Positions 7,618 to 17,462 are shown, numbered from the stretch's first letter. The stretch: DNA of 32,000 nucleotides from Cellulosilyticaceae bacterium (GCA_051647765.1 JBOFEH010000062.1:77132-109131), one strand, 5' to 3'. Notes: generated by a model not told the origin, from the sequence alone. Numbers and translations are program-made.

Positions 7618-9279
7618 ATGGAAAATAGAAATTATTTGATAGAAAACTATATCGATATCAATGAGCTGAGGAAAGAGTTTCCGAATATCATTTTTAGGCC
7701 AATTACCCCGAAGGTCATAGAGGTTGATATCCCTGAAGAGGCACAAGGTGACATTGGGAAATTGGAGGCAGGGGTGAGAGGGCTTACGCTACCTTCACTC
7801 TATGGCCTGAATGCCCAGCCCAATTTGGAAGGTACCAATATCACTTTTTTTCATAATTACGCTTTTGGAGAGCTACGGGGGACAGGTATCTTGGTAGGGT
7901 TTGTCGATACGGGAATTGACTATACAAATCCACTTTTTCAATATGAAGACCAAACCACTAGGATCTTAGGCTTGTGGGATCAGACGGGACCACCAGGAGC
8001 TGACGATACGATGTCTATAGGGAGAGTGTATTCAGAAGAGGAGATTAATCAGGCGCTTAAAAGTGCCAATCCTCTGGAGGTGGTACCAGCTGTAGATGAG
8101 ATTGGACATGGGACGTTTCTCGCAGGTGTTGCAGCAGGGGATGATCGGAGTGGACAGGGGACCTATGAAGGTGGGGCACCAGATGCACAGTTATTAGTTG
8201 TCAAATTAAGGCCAGCCAAGCAGTATTTGAGAGAGTATTATTTGATAGAAGATGGGGCTATAGCTTATCAAGATAATGATATATTGGCAGGGGTTAGGTA
8301 TTTAATTGATACAGCGAGGGATATGAACAAACCACTGGCACTGTGTATAGGATTAGGTAATAATTGGGGGGCACATAATGGAACAGCCATTATGGAACGT
8401 ACACTGGAAGAGACGACCATATTGGAGAAACTTGTTGTGACAATTGCTGCAGGAAATGAGGCCAATCAGGGACATCATTTTGAAGGGATGATTAAGCAAG
8501 ATGAGACAAAGGATGTAGAGATTAATATTGCAGAAGCTGAAAAAGGGGTTATTCTTCAGGTGTGGGCCAATCGGATAGACCGCCTAGCAGTTTCATTAAC
8601 CAGTCCATTAGGATACCAAGTCCCTAAGGTTCCTTCTACTAATAATACAGTGACCAAGGTGCAGCTTCCACTGGAGAAAAGCCAAGTCACTATTACCTAT
8701 ATGTGGCCAGATAGTGCCACAGGGGCGGGCAAGATAGAAGTTAAAATCCAGGAGCCGACGCCTGGGATTTGGCAGCTCAAAGTATATGGTGATTTTGTGG
8801 TTAATGGTGATTATAATATATGGTTACCTAGAGAAGGCTTTATTAGGCCTAATACGAGATTTGTAAGTTCTGAGGCCTACACCACAGTATGTATTCCAGC
8901 GACTTCAGAGCAGAGTATGGTAGTGGGGGCTTATGATAATAAGGATGAGAGTATTTATGCTGCATCAGGTAGAGGTCCTACAACTAATCAGATGATTAAA
9001 CCAGATTTTATAGCACCAGGGGTTAATGTAGTAGGGCCTAATACTAAAGGGGGATTGACAACCTATACAGGAACCAGTGTCTCAGCAGCAATCACAACAT
9101 CAGCTAGTGCCTTGCTACTACAATGGGCTGTCCTTGAGGACAATTTGCCAAGAATCAATACACGCATTGCTAAGACTATTTTTATTAGAGGTGCCCAAAG
9201 ACGCAATAACGTGACCTATCCTAATAATATAGAAGGCTATGGACGATTGGATCTTAAAAATAGTCTATCGTTAATGTAG
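7618..9279 (+). CDS. Csp-family subtilisin-like (S8) germination protease, paralogue 1
   Basis: Catalytic Asp in GFVDTGIDY, His in GHGTFLAGVAAG, oxyanion Asn in AAGNE, Ser in GTSVSAAIT. The LWDQT block is shared with the two downstream paralogues. About 550 aa fits Csp proteins (subtilase plus inserted jelly-roll). Start chosen at MENRNY (7618), because the track start at 7534 would overlap the hydrolase. Confidence 0.8.
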   Translation: MENRNYLIENYIDINELRKEFPNIIFRPITPKVIEVDIPEEAQGDIGKLEAGVRGLTLPSLYGLNAQPNLEGTNITFFHNYAFGELRGTGILVGFVDTGIDYTNPLFQYEDQTTRILGLWDQTGPPGADDTMSIGRVYSEEEINQALKSANPLEVVPAVDEIGHGTFLAGVAAGDDRSGQGTYEGGAPDAQLLVVKLRPAKQYLREYYLIEDGAIAYQDNDILAGVRYLIDTARDMNKPLALCIGLGNNWGAHNGTAIMERTLEETTILEKLVVTIAAGNEANQGHHFEGMIKQDETKDVEINIAEAEKGVILQVWANRIDRLAVSLTSPLGYQVPKVPSTNNTVTKVQLPLEKSQVTITYMWPDSATGAGKIEVKIQEPTPGIWQLKVYGDFVVNGDYNIWLPREGFIRPNTRFVSSEAYTTVCIPATSEQSMVVGAYDNKDESIYAASGRGPTTNQMIKPDFIAPGVNVVGPNTKGGLTTYTGTSVSAAITTSASALLLQWAVLEDNLPRINTRIAKTIFIRGAQRRNNVTYPNNIEGYGRLDLKNSLSLM

Positions 9280-9289
9280 GAGGTGCAAT

Positions 9290-11062
9290 ATGTATAATAC
9301 AAAATTAAGCCCACAGTTACAGCTTGCACTTAAATACCGTAATATTTTATCCCCAAACGCTTTTTTAGGAACGATTGGATATCCTATTAGCAGTCCGATG
9401 TGGGAACTGGTTGTGACGTATTTCGGAAGTATTACAGGTATAGAGGCGGAGCTTGGGGTGGAGGTAACACTGCTCAGTGAGAATTTTGCCATTGTTGTGA
9501 TTGATTCTACTAAGATAGGGGCATTAAGTGACTATCCACAAGTTGTATATATTGAATTCCCAGAGGTTATGGACTATATTATAGAGCCGGAGTTGTCAGA
9601 TATTTGTGTGACACAATCTGTATTAGATCAAGGAAATTATGCTTTGACGGGTAAAGGGATATTGGTAGGAATCATCGATTCAGGGATTGATTACAACCAT
9701 ATGGATTTTATGACACCTGAGGGTAAAACGCGCATCGTAAGTTTGTGGGATCAAACAGGAGCAGGCAGTCCCCCAGAGGGTTTTAAGTTTGGAACAGAAT
9801 ATACACGTGATCAAATTGATGAGGCTTTAAGTCTGCCTCTAGAACAGCGAAGTGAGGTGGTTCCTGAACGCGACATATTAGGTCATGGGACTGCTGTAGC
9901 AGGTGTAGCTGTAGGAAATGGCAGGGGGAGCAATGGTCAATACAAAGGTGTGGCAACAGAGAGTGAGCTGGTGATTGTAAAATTACGCAATCCACTCAAG
10001 TCTCCCGAAAGAGGACCTAGAAATGTAGAAGCCATGTTGGGAATGAACTACGTCATTCAAAAAGCAAGAGAACTTGAAAGACCTGTGGTGATGATGATTG
10101 GACTTGGTGTCAATGAAGGGAGCCATAGAGGGGATAATGTTCTCGAACTTTTTATTAATCAGCAAATATCTAAGGTAAGGGGTAATATGGTAGTAGGAAC
10201 GGGTAACCAAGGCAATAAGGAGAGTCATACAGCTGGCAAATTAAAACAAGGGCAGATAGAAAAAGTACAAATTTATATTGACCGTGGGCAGCCGTACTAC
10301 TTCTTTTCCTTGTGGAAAAATTTTGCTGATACTTTTGCGATTACCCTTGAAACACCTTCAGGAGAACAGACGGAAGTATTAAATGGGATTATTAACAATA
10401 GGGCATTTAATTTTGGGAATACCACGGTGCTCATTAATTTTTCTGAGCCCACAACTTTGGGTCAGGCGCAGCAGATTTTGGTGTTTTTGGAAAGCCAAGA
10501 GGAAGAAGGGATTGCACCAGGGATATGGACCTTGCAGATAGATGGAGAAGATGTCGTTGATGGCATGTATAATATATGGGGTTCAAGTATCGATCCTTAT
10601 GAAAGACGTACAAGGTTCTTAAAACCTGTGGTAGAGACAACTTTGACAATACCTTCTACAGCTCAAAATCTCACTAGTGTGGCAGCCTATTCTTCTAGTA
10701 CGCAGCAAATCAGGGCTTTTTCGGGGAGGGGATATACGGCAGATAATAGAATCAAGCCGGATATAGCGGCACCAGGATTTAATGTTATGGCACCTAAAGC
10801 GGGAACGGTGAATGGGTATACACGTGTATCAGGAACGAGTATTGCAGCAGGGTTTACCGTGGGAGCCTATGCGGTGTTAATGGAGTACGGAATCATTAGA
10901 AACGATGACCCCTTCTTGTACGGTGGGAGATTAGAAGCGTATGTTCAAAAAAACGCTCGCAGAAACCCTATTCATGCGCCGTATCCTAATGAGGAATGGG
11001 GATACGGAAGTCTCTGTGTAGCAGATGTACTAAGCGATTTAAGGAAGCGGTATAATGCCTAG
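9290..11062 (+). CDS. Csp-family subtilisin-like (S8) germination protease, paralogue 2
   Basis: Csp-type prodomain: LSPQLQLALKYR...WELVVTYFGSI..IEAELGVEVTLLSENFAIVVI....YPQVVYIEFPE. Triad residues are in GIIDSGIDY, GHGTAVAGVAVG and GTSIAAGF. GGAGG SD lies 6 nt upstream. Confidence 0.85.
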   Translation: MYNTKLSPQLQLALKYRNILSPNAFLGTIGYPISSPMWELVVTYFGSITGIEAELGVEVTLLSENFAIVVIDSTKIGALSDYPQVVYIEFPEVMDYIIEPELSDICVTQSVLDQGNYALTGKGILVGIIDSGIDYNHMDFMTPEGKTRIVSLWDQTGAGSPPEGFKFGTEYTRDQIDEALSLPLEQRSEVVPERDILGHGTAVAGVAVGNGRGSNGQYKGVATESELVIVKLRNPLKSPERGPRNVEAMLGMNYVIQKARELERPVVMMIGLGVNEGSHRGDNVLELFINQQISKVRGNMVVGTGNQGNKESHTAGKLKQGQIEKVQIYIDRGQPYYFFSLWKNFADTFAITLETPSGEQTEVLNGIINNRAFNFGNTTVLINFSEPTTLGQAQQILVFLESQEEEGIAPGIWTLQIDGEDVVDGMYNIWGSSIDPYERRTRFLKPVVETTLTIPSTAQNLTSVAAYSSSTQQIRAFSGRGYTADNRIKPDIAAPGFNVMAPKAGTVNGYTRVSGTSIAAGFTVGAYAVLMEYGIIRNDDPFLYGGRLEAYVQKNARRNPIHAPYPNEEWGYGSLCVADVLSDLRKRYNA

Positions 11063-11077
11063 ATTAAGAGGTGAGTG

Positions 11078-12841
11078 ATGAGCCCAAAAGTCGATCCAAC
11101 AATAGATATACTTGGAGAGTTATCAGATTCAAGCACGACTCAGTTGCAAGAAGAATTGAAGCAACAAGGTGTTATTGTAGGTAATATGGTACAGGTCATT
11201 GTCAAGTATAATGGTGATATTGTAGAAGTTGCAAGACAAGAAGGAGGGAGTGCCCAGCTTCTTAGTGAACAGTTTGCAGTGCTGACAATGCCAGTACAAA
11301 ATATCAAAAATTTGAATAACTACACACAGGTGGAGTATGTCGAAGTGCCACATAATTTTGTATATAATTTGCAATACAGTATGACTGCAGCTTGTATCAG
11401 GCAAGTTCAGGAGAGGGTACCCTACAATCTCAAAGGCAGTGGTGTTTTGCTAGGAATCATTGACTCAGGGATTACGTATACTCATCCTGATTTTAGAAAC
11501 GCGGATGGTACCACACGTATAGCTAGATTGTGGGATCAATCTGTCAAAGGTATACCGCCTAAGGGGTTTGATGAGGGAACAGAATATAGCAGAGCTCAAA
11601 TTAATGAAGCTTTGGCTCAAAAAAACAAGGCGGCTCAATTAGAAGTGGTGCCAAGCGTGGATACCATAGGACATGGGACACATGTGGCAGGGATTGCTGG
11701 AGGGAATGGGAGAGGATCAGGTGGCGCACAGGTAGGGGCAGCTCCTGAAGCGGAATTTGTGATTGTCAAACTGAAGCAATCCACAAGTACCCAGTTTGTA
11801 AGAACGATAGATATTATGCTAGGGGTCAAATATGTGGTTGAAAAAGCCATTGAAATAGGCAGGCCTATGGCCATCAATCTCAGCTTAGGGATGAATGAAG
11901 GATCTCATGATGGGCAGTCGCTTATTGAGCAGTATTTGGCGGAAATGGCTCAGAAATGGAAGCTCAATATTGTAGTAGGTGCGGGCAATGAGGGGGTGGC
12001 AGAAAATCATACCAAAGGGGTTGTGAAGCAGGGGGGCGTAAGTTCGTTTCAATTCCAGATAGGACCCAACAAAAAGAGCTATCAATTCTCCATGTGGCAA
12101 AGTTTTATAGATACTATGGAGGTGCAAATTGTCAGTCCTTCAGGGCAAAAAACACCCCGTATTACTTATGCCCAGGGGCCTAGTCGGTTTGTGTTAGATA
12201 ATGTCGCAGTCTATGCATCATTTTCAAGTCCGTCTCCTCTTAATGGGGATATAGAATTTGTCACCATCTTAAAGGGGATTAATGATACGTCTATTACAAC
12301 AGGAATTTGGACGGTGAATGTGTATGGAATGGATATTGTAGATGGGACGTATAATGTATGGGGAGAGACCAGTGAGCAGGCAGGCAAAGATGTATTCTTT
12401 TTAAACCCCGAGGTGAATACAACCATTACAACACCTGCAACTTCAAGTTATGTGATTAGTGTGGGGGCATACAATACAGCGACTAACCAAATAGCACCTT
12501 TTTCGGGAAGGGGCTATACAAGGGGAGACAAAGAGGTCAAGCCTGATTTGGTGGCACCCGGAGTGGATATATTGGCCCCAAGTAACAGTGGCGGGTATCA
12601 AAGACTTAGTGGAACGAGTATGGCGACACCCCATGTCACAGGTGCTATTGCACTGATGATGGAGTGGGGAATTGTTAAGAAAAACAATGTATTCTTGTAT
12701 GGGGCAAGTGTACGGACGTATCTTCTAAGAGGCACCAAAAAAGATGTTACGGGTGTGACCTTTCCTGACCCTAGGTGGGGCTATGGTAAGCTTTGTCTCA
12801 AAAACACGATGGATATTATGCGTAGAAACCAAGTCTTGTAA
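11078..12841 (+). CDS. Csp-family subtilisin-like (S8) germination protease, paralogue 3
   Basis: The prodomain ends in TQVEYVEVPHNF. Triad residues are in GIIDSGITY, GHGTHVAGIAGG and the canonical GTSMATPHVTGA. ATG 11078 follows an AGAGG SD. Confidence 0.85.
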   Translation: MSPKVDPTIDILGELSDSSTTQLQEELKQQGVIVGNMVQVIVKYNGDIVEVARQEGGSAQLLSEQFAVLTMPVQNIKNLNNYTQVEYVEVPHNFVYNLQYSMTAACIRQVQERVPYNLKGSGVLLGIIDSGITYTHPDFRNADGTTRIARLWDQSVKGIPPKGFDEGTEYSRAQINEALAQKNKAAQLEVVPSVDTIGHGTHVAGIAGGNGRGSGGAQVGAAPEAEFVIVKLKQSTSTQFVRTIDIMLGVKYVVEKAIEIGRPMAINLSLGMNEGSHDGQSLIEQYLAEMAQKWKLNIVVGAGNEGVAENHTKGVVKQGGVSSFQFQIGPNKKSYQFSMWQSFIDTMEVQIVSPSGQKTPRITYAQGPSRFVLDNVAVYASFSSPSPLNGDIEFVTILKGINDTSITTGIWTVNVYGMDIVDGTYNVWGETSEQAGKDVFFLNPEVNTTITTPATSSYVISVGAYNTATNQIAPFSGRGYTRGDKEVKPDLVAPGVDILAPSNSGGYQRLSGTSMATPHVTGAIALMMEWGIVKKNNVFLYGASVRTYLLRGTKKDVTGVTFPDPRWGYGKLCLKNTMDIMRRNQVL

Positions 12842-12869
12842 AAAAATCCAAAACAAGTGCAACTTTTTG

Positions 12870-12909
12870 AAGTCATTCTCAGTCTAATAAGGAAGAGAAT
12901 GACTTTTTT
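12870..12909 (+). terminator. Intrinsic terminator after the csp operon
   Basis: 11-bp stem AAGTCATTCTC / GAGAATGACTT with a 14-nt loop, followed by TTTT. Confidence 0.75.
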
Positions 12910-13006
12910 GCAAAATAAGCCGAATTTAAGGAAATCTTAAGAAAAAAATGGGGAGATATAGTGTATAATAGAAAAAGAGTGGTTGTTAAAGACAGGAGGT
13001 AACAAA

Positions 13007-13738
13007 TTGGAACATATGATAGAAGTTTCCCAACTAAGGAAGCTTTATAAGATGGGAAAAGAAAAGATTGTGGCATTAGACCACATTGATTTGACTGTCG
13101 ATCAAGGTGAGATTTGTTGTTTGTTTGGAACGTCAGGATCAGGTAAATCCACGTTGCTCAATATGCTAGCAGGGCTAGAGAAGCCAACCAAAGGAACAAT
13201 CAAGATCAAGGGTAAGAATGTCCATAAAATGAGTGAGACACAACTAGCAATATTTAGACAAAAATACATAGGTTTCGTTTTTCAGTCCTATAACCTCATT
13301 CCATCTCTGACAGCGATGGAAAATGTATCACTACCTCTTATTTTTCAAGGGCTTCCTAAAAAAGAGAGGAACAAAAGAGCCAAAGAAATGTTAGAGGCAG
13401 TAGGGCTTGCTACAAGACTTCATCATAAGCCAAGTGAAATGAGTGGGGGACAGCAGCAAAGGGTGAGTATTGCCAGAGCATTTGTCAACAAACCAGCCAT
13501 TTTGTTTGCTGATGAGCCTACAGGTAATCTTGATACCCATACCACGCTAGAGGTTATGGAGATGATTACAGGGATTGCAAAACAGTACAATCAAACACTG
13601 ATTATTGTATCCCATGATCCAGAGATTGCTGATTATGCTGACAAGATTATTACACTCATTGACGGTAATATTAATGATATTAAACTAAGAGATAAAGGGA
13701 AGGAAGTTGATACAAATGAAACAAAAGTTAATGCATAA
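13007..13738 (+). CDS. ABC transporter ATP-binding protein, MacB/LolD/FtsE-like
   Basis: Walker A is GTSGSGKST, the signature is MSGGQQQRVSIARA, Walker B is ILFADEPTGNLD and the H-loop is IVSHD. AGGAGG is at 12994-12999. The start is TTG 13007 or ATG 13016. A TATAAT -10 lies at 12964-12969. Confidence 0.9.
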   Translation: MEHMIEVSQLRKLYKMGKEKIVALDHIDLTVDQGEICCLFGTSGSGKSTLLNMLAGLEKPTKGTIKIKGKNVHKMSETQLAIFRQKYIGFVFQSYNLIPSLTAMENVSLPLIFQGLPKKERNKRAKEMLEAVGLATRLHHKPSEMSGGQQQRVSIARAFVNKPAILFADEPTGNLDTHTTLEVMEMITGIAKQYNQTLIIVSHDPEIADYADKIITLIDGNINDIKLRDKGKEVDTNETKVNA

Positions 13739-16070
13739 GACTATGAGTTTACTCATGTCTCTTTTGATGGTTGTAGGGTGTATGCTACCAGGGCAAATTG
13801 TTTATGGTGAGGAAAGTACACAGATGTTTGTAACATCACACGAGCAATCACCTAAGAGTGCTCTTAAAAAAGGTGATAAATTTGATTTGAGATTACAGGT
13901 GCAGGAAAGTGCTGGTTCTTTTGATGAGTTAAAAGCAGCTATTAATGGGACTAAGGCAGTGCAAGTAAGTGGTGCGGCTTCTAGTTATACAAGTGCCTCA
14001 TTAACACAATCACGCACACTAACGCTAGAAGGATTAACTTATACAGGAAATACTAATGAATTAGATTTATATGTTTCAATTACGTTAAAAGATGGGAGTA
14101 CCGTGATGCTTGATCATCAAGTAATGCTTGATGTTCAGGAAAGTGCAGAGGTTACTTCTCTCAAACTAGATAGTGAATCTATCAGAAATGTTGTAGCAGG
14201 TGAAACACAACAAATTATCTTAACGCTCAAGAATACAGGAGAGGTAGCAACAAAACCAGGAGAAATGACGCTCGAAGTAGCCAATAAAAACAGTACATCT
14301 TCAGGGATTGTACTTAAGAAAAAGCGTTATGACATACCAGTAATCGAAAAAGGCAAGTCTAAGGAGTTCCCTGTCACTTTGGAAATCGGCAAAGATGTGA
14401 CAAGAGGTATTCATGAACTCAAAGTGAAAGTTGGAACAACTGAGTACACTATCAAACTCAAAGTCGATAGTAACTTTATGCCAGCTTCATTATCTATTAA
14501 TGCCACAAACCTAGATGGTTTTAAGGCTGGAACTGCCAAAGAGATTACCATTAATGTGAAGAACGTAGGTCATATTGAAGCGAAGAACGTGAAATTAGAG
14601 CTTGAACCAAATGATAAAGTTTATATTGTAGATGGCAGTAATGTGCGTTATGTGGACAACGTGCCAAGTGGTGGGACAACCAGTGTGAAGGTAAAACTTC
14701 AAGTGAGTGACCCTTCGGCTGTTACAGTACCTCTTAAGCTGAACTTGTCTTATATTGATGATTTGGGCGAAGAGAAGAAAGATAGTCAGATGATTTATCT
14801 TGCATCAGAGCAGTCAAGCTTTAACAAAGAGATTACAATTAGCAATATTATTGAACCAATGGGGACTTATGAGCCAAACCAGAAGTTCACTGTGAAGTTT
14901 ACAGTAGCGGCACCAGATGGTGTGAAGAATGTGAAGCTTAGTGTCAATGGTGATGAGGGTATTGTGCCAACATCCAAAAACCTGTTTATTATTTCTGAGA
15001 TGAAGGCAGGGGCAAAACAGCAGTATAGTGTGGAAATGATGGCCACAAAAGCAGCAAAAAGTAGTACATATCCTATTGAAATCAAAGCAGAGTATAAGCT
15101 GAATAATCAAGATGTGAGTGTGGTGCAGTATACGACTGTAGCTGTCCATAATGAAGAGGCGGATACTGAGGGCGATGATGAAAAAACAAAAGGAAAACCA
15201 AAAGTAATCGTAGGGAACTACAAAGCAGAACCAGTGGTTGTACGTGCTGGGGAAGAGTTTGACTTAGAGATAGGATTCCTTAATACAAGTAAAACTAAAG
15301 GGGTATCAAACCTTAAGGCCAACTTAACGGTAAAAGACGTAGGTGAAAAAGATACAGGAAGTGTGTTTACACCTGTAGGGGCAAGTAATACATTCTTTAT
15401 TAGTGATTTAGCACCGGGAGAGATTTCTTCTCAAAAAATCAGACTTTATACGATACCAAGTGCTAACCCAAAAACATATGAGCTTACCATTACAATGGAG
15501 TATGAAGATGAAAAAGGTGAGGCAATCACGGCAGAAGAACACATCGGTATTCCAGTAGAGCAGGTAACAGATATAGAGATTGCAGAAGTGCGTACAGATA
15601 TGGGAACAGTAGGTGTACCGCTATCACTTTCAGCAACACTCTACAATACAGGGAAGACAAATGTAAGCAACGTGATGATTCGTACAGAGGGTGAAGGCTT
15701 TGAAGTAGAAGATAACAAAATGTTCATCGGAAACTTTGAAAAAGGTGCAAGTGAAATGTACCAGCCAACAATTACCCCAAATCAGGCAGGCAATGTGGTG
15801 GGGACTATCGTATTAGAGTACGAAGACCCAACAGGTAAAAAAGTAGAGCTTCGTCATGAATTTGAGATGGAAGTAGCAGAGAATATGCCGTTTCCAGGTG
15901 AAGGTGAGATGCTCCCAGAAGAGATGATTCCACCTGAAGAGCCAAAGTCATCAAAAGTAGGTATTATTGTGGGTATAGGCGTAGGAATAGGATTAGCCGC
16001 AATCATCACTGTAGTCGTTCTCAAAAAAAGAAAAGCAAAACGTGAAGAATTAGAGCTCGATGAAGACTAG
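13716..16070 (+). CDS. Large cell-surface protein with about 5 CARDB/COG1361-type beta-sandwich repeats, N-terminal signal peptide (possible lipobox VVGC) and C-terminal TM anchor
   Basis: The signal sequence is MKQKLMHKTMSLLMSLLMVVGCML. Repeats of about 100 aa recur, each with a v.N.G...a.nv signature: LTLKNTGEVATKPGEMTLEV, INVKNVGHIEAKNVKLELEP, IGFLNTSKTKGVSNLKANLTV, ATLYNTGKTNVSNVMIRTEG. The C-terminus is VGIIVGIGVGIGLAAIITVVVLKKRKAKRE. Its start overlaps the end of the ATPase gene and its end overlaps the start of the permease gene. Confidence 0.7.
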   Translation: MKQKLMHKTMSLLMSLLMVVGCMLPGQIVYGEESTQMFVTSHEQSPKSALKKGDKFDLRLQVQESAGSFDELKAAINGTKAVQVSGAASSYTSASLTQSRTLTLEGLTYTGNTNELDLYVSITLKDGSTVMLDHQVMLDVQESAEVTSLKLDSESIRNVVAGETQQIILTLKNTGEVATKPGEMTLEVANKNSTSSGIVLKKKRYDIPVIEKGKSKEFPVTLEIGKDVTRGIHELKVKVGTTEYTIKLKVDSNFMPASLSINATNLDGFKAGTAKEITINVKNVGHIEAKNVKLELEPNDKVYIVDGSNVRYVDNVPSGGTTSVKVKLQVSDPSAVTVPLKLNLSYIDDLGEEKKDSQMIYLASEQSSFNKEITISNIIEPMGTYEPNQKFTVKFTVAAPDGVKNVKLSVNGDEGIVPTSKNLFIISEMKAGAKQQYSVEMMATKAAKSSTYPIEIKAEYKLNNQDVSVVQYTTVAVHNEEADTEGDDEKTKGKPKVIVGNYKAEPVVVRAGEEFDLEIGFLNTSKTKGVSNLKANLTVKDVGEKDTGSVFTPVGASNTFFISDLAPGEISSQKIRLYTIPSANPKTYELTITMEYEDEKGEAITAEEHIGIPVEQVTDIEIAEVRTDMGTVGVPLSLSATLYNTGKTNVSNVMIRTEGEGFEVEDNKMFIGNFEKGASEMYQPTITPNQAGNVVGTIVLEYEDPTGKKVELRHEFEMEVAENMPFPGEGEMLPEEMIPPEEPKSSKVGIIVGIGVGIGLAAIITVVVLKKRKAKREELELDED

Positions 16071-17409
16071 TGATCTCATCATGATGAGTATTCGAAGTTT
16101 ATGGCGGCGTAAACTTCGAACTTGTCTGACGATACTAGGTGTTGTGATTGGTGCAAGTTCTATTATACTGATGCTTTCACTAGGGATTGCTATGGATGCA
16201 AACTTTAGGGAGCAGATGTCTCAGATGAGTTCTCTGACACTCATTGATGTCTATTCAAATAGCTATGGAGACCCCAATGCCCCTAAGTTAGATGATAAGG
16301 CTATTGAAACACTTAGTAAAATACCTAATGTAGAAATGGTCATTCCGAACCTTCGTACGAATGTTTATTTGGAGTTTGGGAAGTATCGTACATCTTGGCA
16401 AGTAGAGGTGCGCGGTATGAGTGTAGAGGAAATGGCTATTATGGGCTATAAGGTTGACGAGGGAAGAGAGATGGCGCAAGGTGACCTTAAGGTGATTTTT
16501 GTAGGTGAGGAAATCAGGAGACAGTTTACTAAGCAGGGCAAGGAGATTGACTGGAGAAATCCACCAGAACCTCTTGCCTTAGAGGTAGGCAAGGACAAGC
16601 TCAAAGTCAATGTAGCTGAGCTAGATTACCGCACAGGGAAACCCATACAGTCACAAGATGGTAAGTCAGTTAAGCCACCAAAGCCATGGCAAGTGACAGT
16701 AGAAGGTTTGTTTGGACCTGAAAACTACGAGACCATGTATACGGCCATTGTGCCTAAGGCACTCTATGAAGAAATCGTAGATGCTCAAGATAAATACCGT
16801 AAGCAACTTTATGGCAAAGACTATAACAAAGAGCAAGAAAAATACGATAAGTATCGTGACCTCAAAGTCAAAGTAGCAAGTGAAAAAGAAGTGCAAACCG
16901 TTCAGCAGGCTATTCGCGATGCAGGGTTTGAGGCTTATAGTCCCATGGAATATATTGAGGAAATGAAAAAAGTTTCTAATAGTATTCAAATTATATTAGG
17001 GGGGATAGGTGCTATTTCGTTGTTCGTTGCGGCAATCGGTATTACCAATACGATGATGATGAGTATTTATGAGCGTACAAGAGAAATAGGTATTATGAAA
17101 GTTATTGGTGCCCGTATTACAGATATCAAAAAAATGTTTTTGGTAGAGGCACTTATGATTGGTGCTATTGGAGGTCTGATAGGTGTTATATTCTCCTATC
17201 TCATTTCGTTCTTAATCAATAAATTTGGTCCACAAATCGCAGGGGAGTTGGCATCTATGATGGGTGGGGGGAGCTATATTTCCCTTATTCCATTATGGCT
17301 ATCAGCTGCGGCACTTGTGTTCTCAACCTGTATTGGTCTAGTCTCAGGGTATTTCCCAGCAAGACGTGCCATGAAGCTTTCTGCACTGAGTGCAATCAAA
17401 ACAGAATAA
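16060..17409 (+). CDS. ABC transporter permease, FtsX/MacB-type (TM1, roughly 270-aa extracytoplasmic domain, TM2-4)
   Basis: The N-terminus is SIRSLWRRKLRTCLTILGVVIGASSIILMLSLG. The C-terminal FtsX domain reads GGIGAISLFVAAIGITNTMMMSIYERTREIGIMKVIGA...GYFPARRAMKLSALSAIK. Confidence 0.9.
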   Translation: MKTSDLIMMSIRSLWRRKLRTCLTILGVVIGASSIILMLSLGIAMDANFREQMSQMSSLTLIDVYSNSYGDPNAPKLDDKAIETLSKIPNVEMVIPNLRTNVYLEFGKYRTSWQVEVRGMSVEEMAIMGYKVDEGREMAQGDLKVIFVGEEIRRQFTKQGKEIDWRNPPEPLALEVGKDKLKVNVAELDYRTGKPIQSQDGKSVKPPKPWQVTVEGLFGPENYETMYTAIVPKALYEEIVDAQDKYRKQLYGKDYNKEQEKYDKYRDLKVKVASEKEVQTVQQAIRDAGFEAYSPMEYIEEMKKVSNSIQIILGGIGAISLFVAAIGITNTMMMSIYERTREIGIMKVIGARITDIKKMFLVEALMIGAIGGLIGVIFSYLISFLINKFGPQIAGELASMMGGGSYISLIPLWLSAAALVFSTCIGLVSGYFPARRAMKLSALSAIKTE

Positions 17410-17419
17410 GAGATTCATC

Positions 17420-17459
17420 AAACTCCCATAGCCGAGACTGTCGGTATATGGGAGTTTTT
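17420..17459 (+). terminator. Intrinsic terminator after the ABC module
   Basis: AAACTCCCATA ... TATGGGAGTTT with an inner CCGA/TCGG stem, followed by TT(T)G. Confidence 0.8.
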
Positions 17460-17462
17460 GGC

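Noticed and set aside
14814-15149. 111-aa minus-strand ORF inside the CARDB gene, and similar antisense ORFs at 16666-16989, 29873-30199, 4668-4940 and 11129-11404
   Set aside because: All are nested antisense in genes with clear family motifs. They are Cys/His/Phe/Leu-rich nonsense-like sequences with no ribosome-binding sites.
7618-17409. Reading the three S8 proteases plus the ABC transporter as a lanthipeptide or bacteriocin maturation-export locus
   Set aside because: The proteases carry Csp-type prodomains and Csp size. There is no precursor peptide, LanB/C/M or immunity gene. A terminator and a separate promoter divide the csp operon from the ABC module, and sleC substrates are present in the window.
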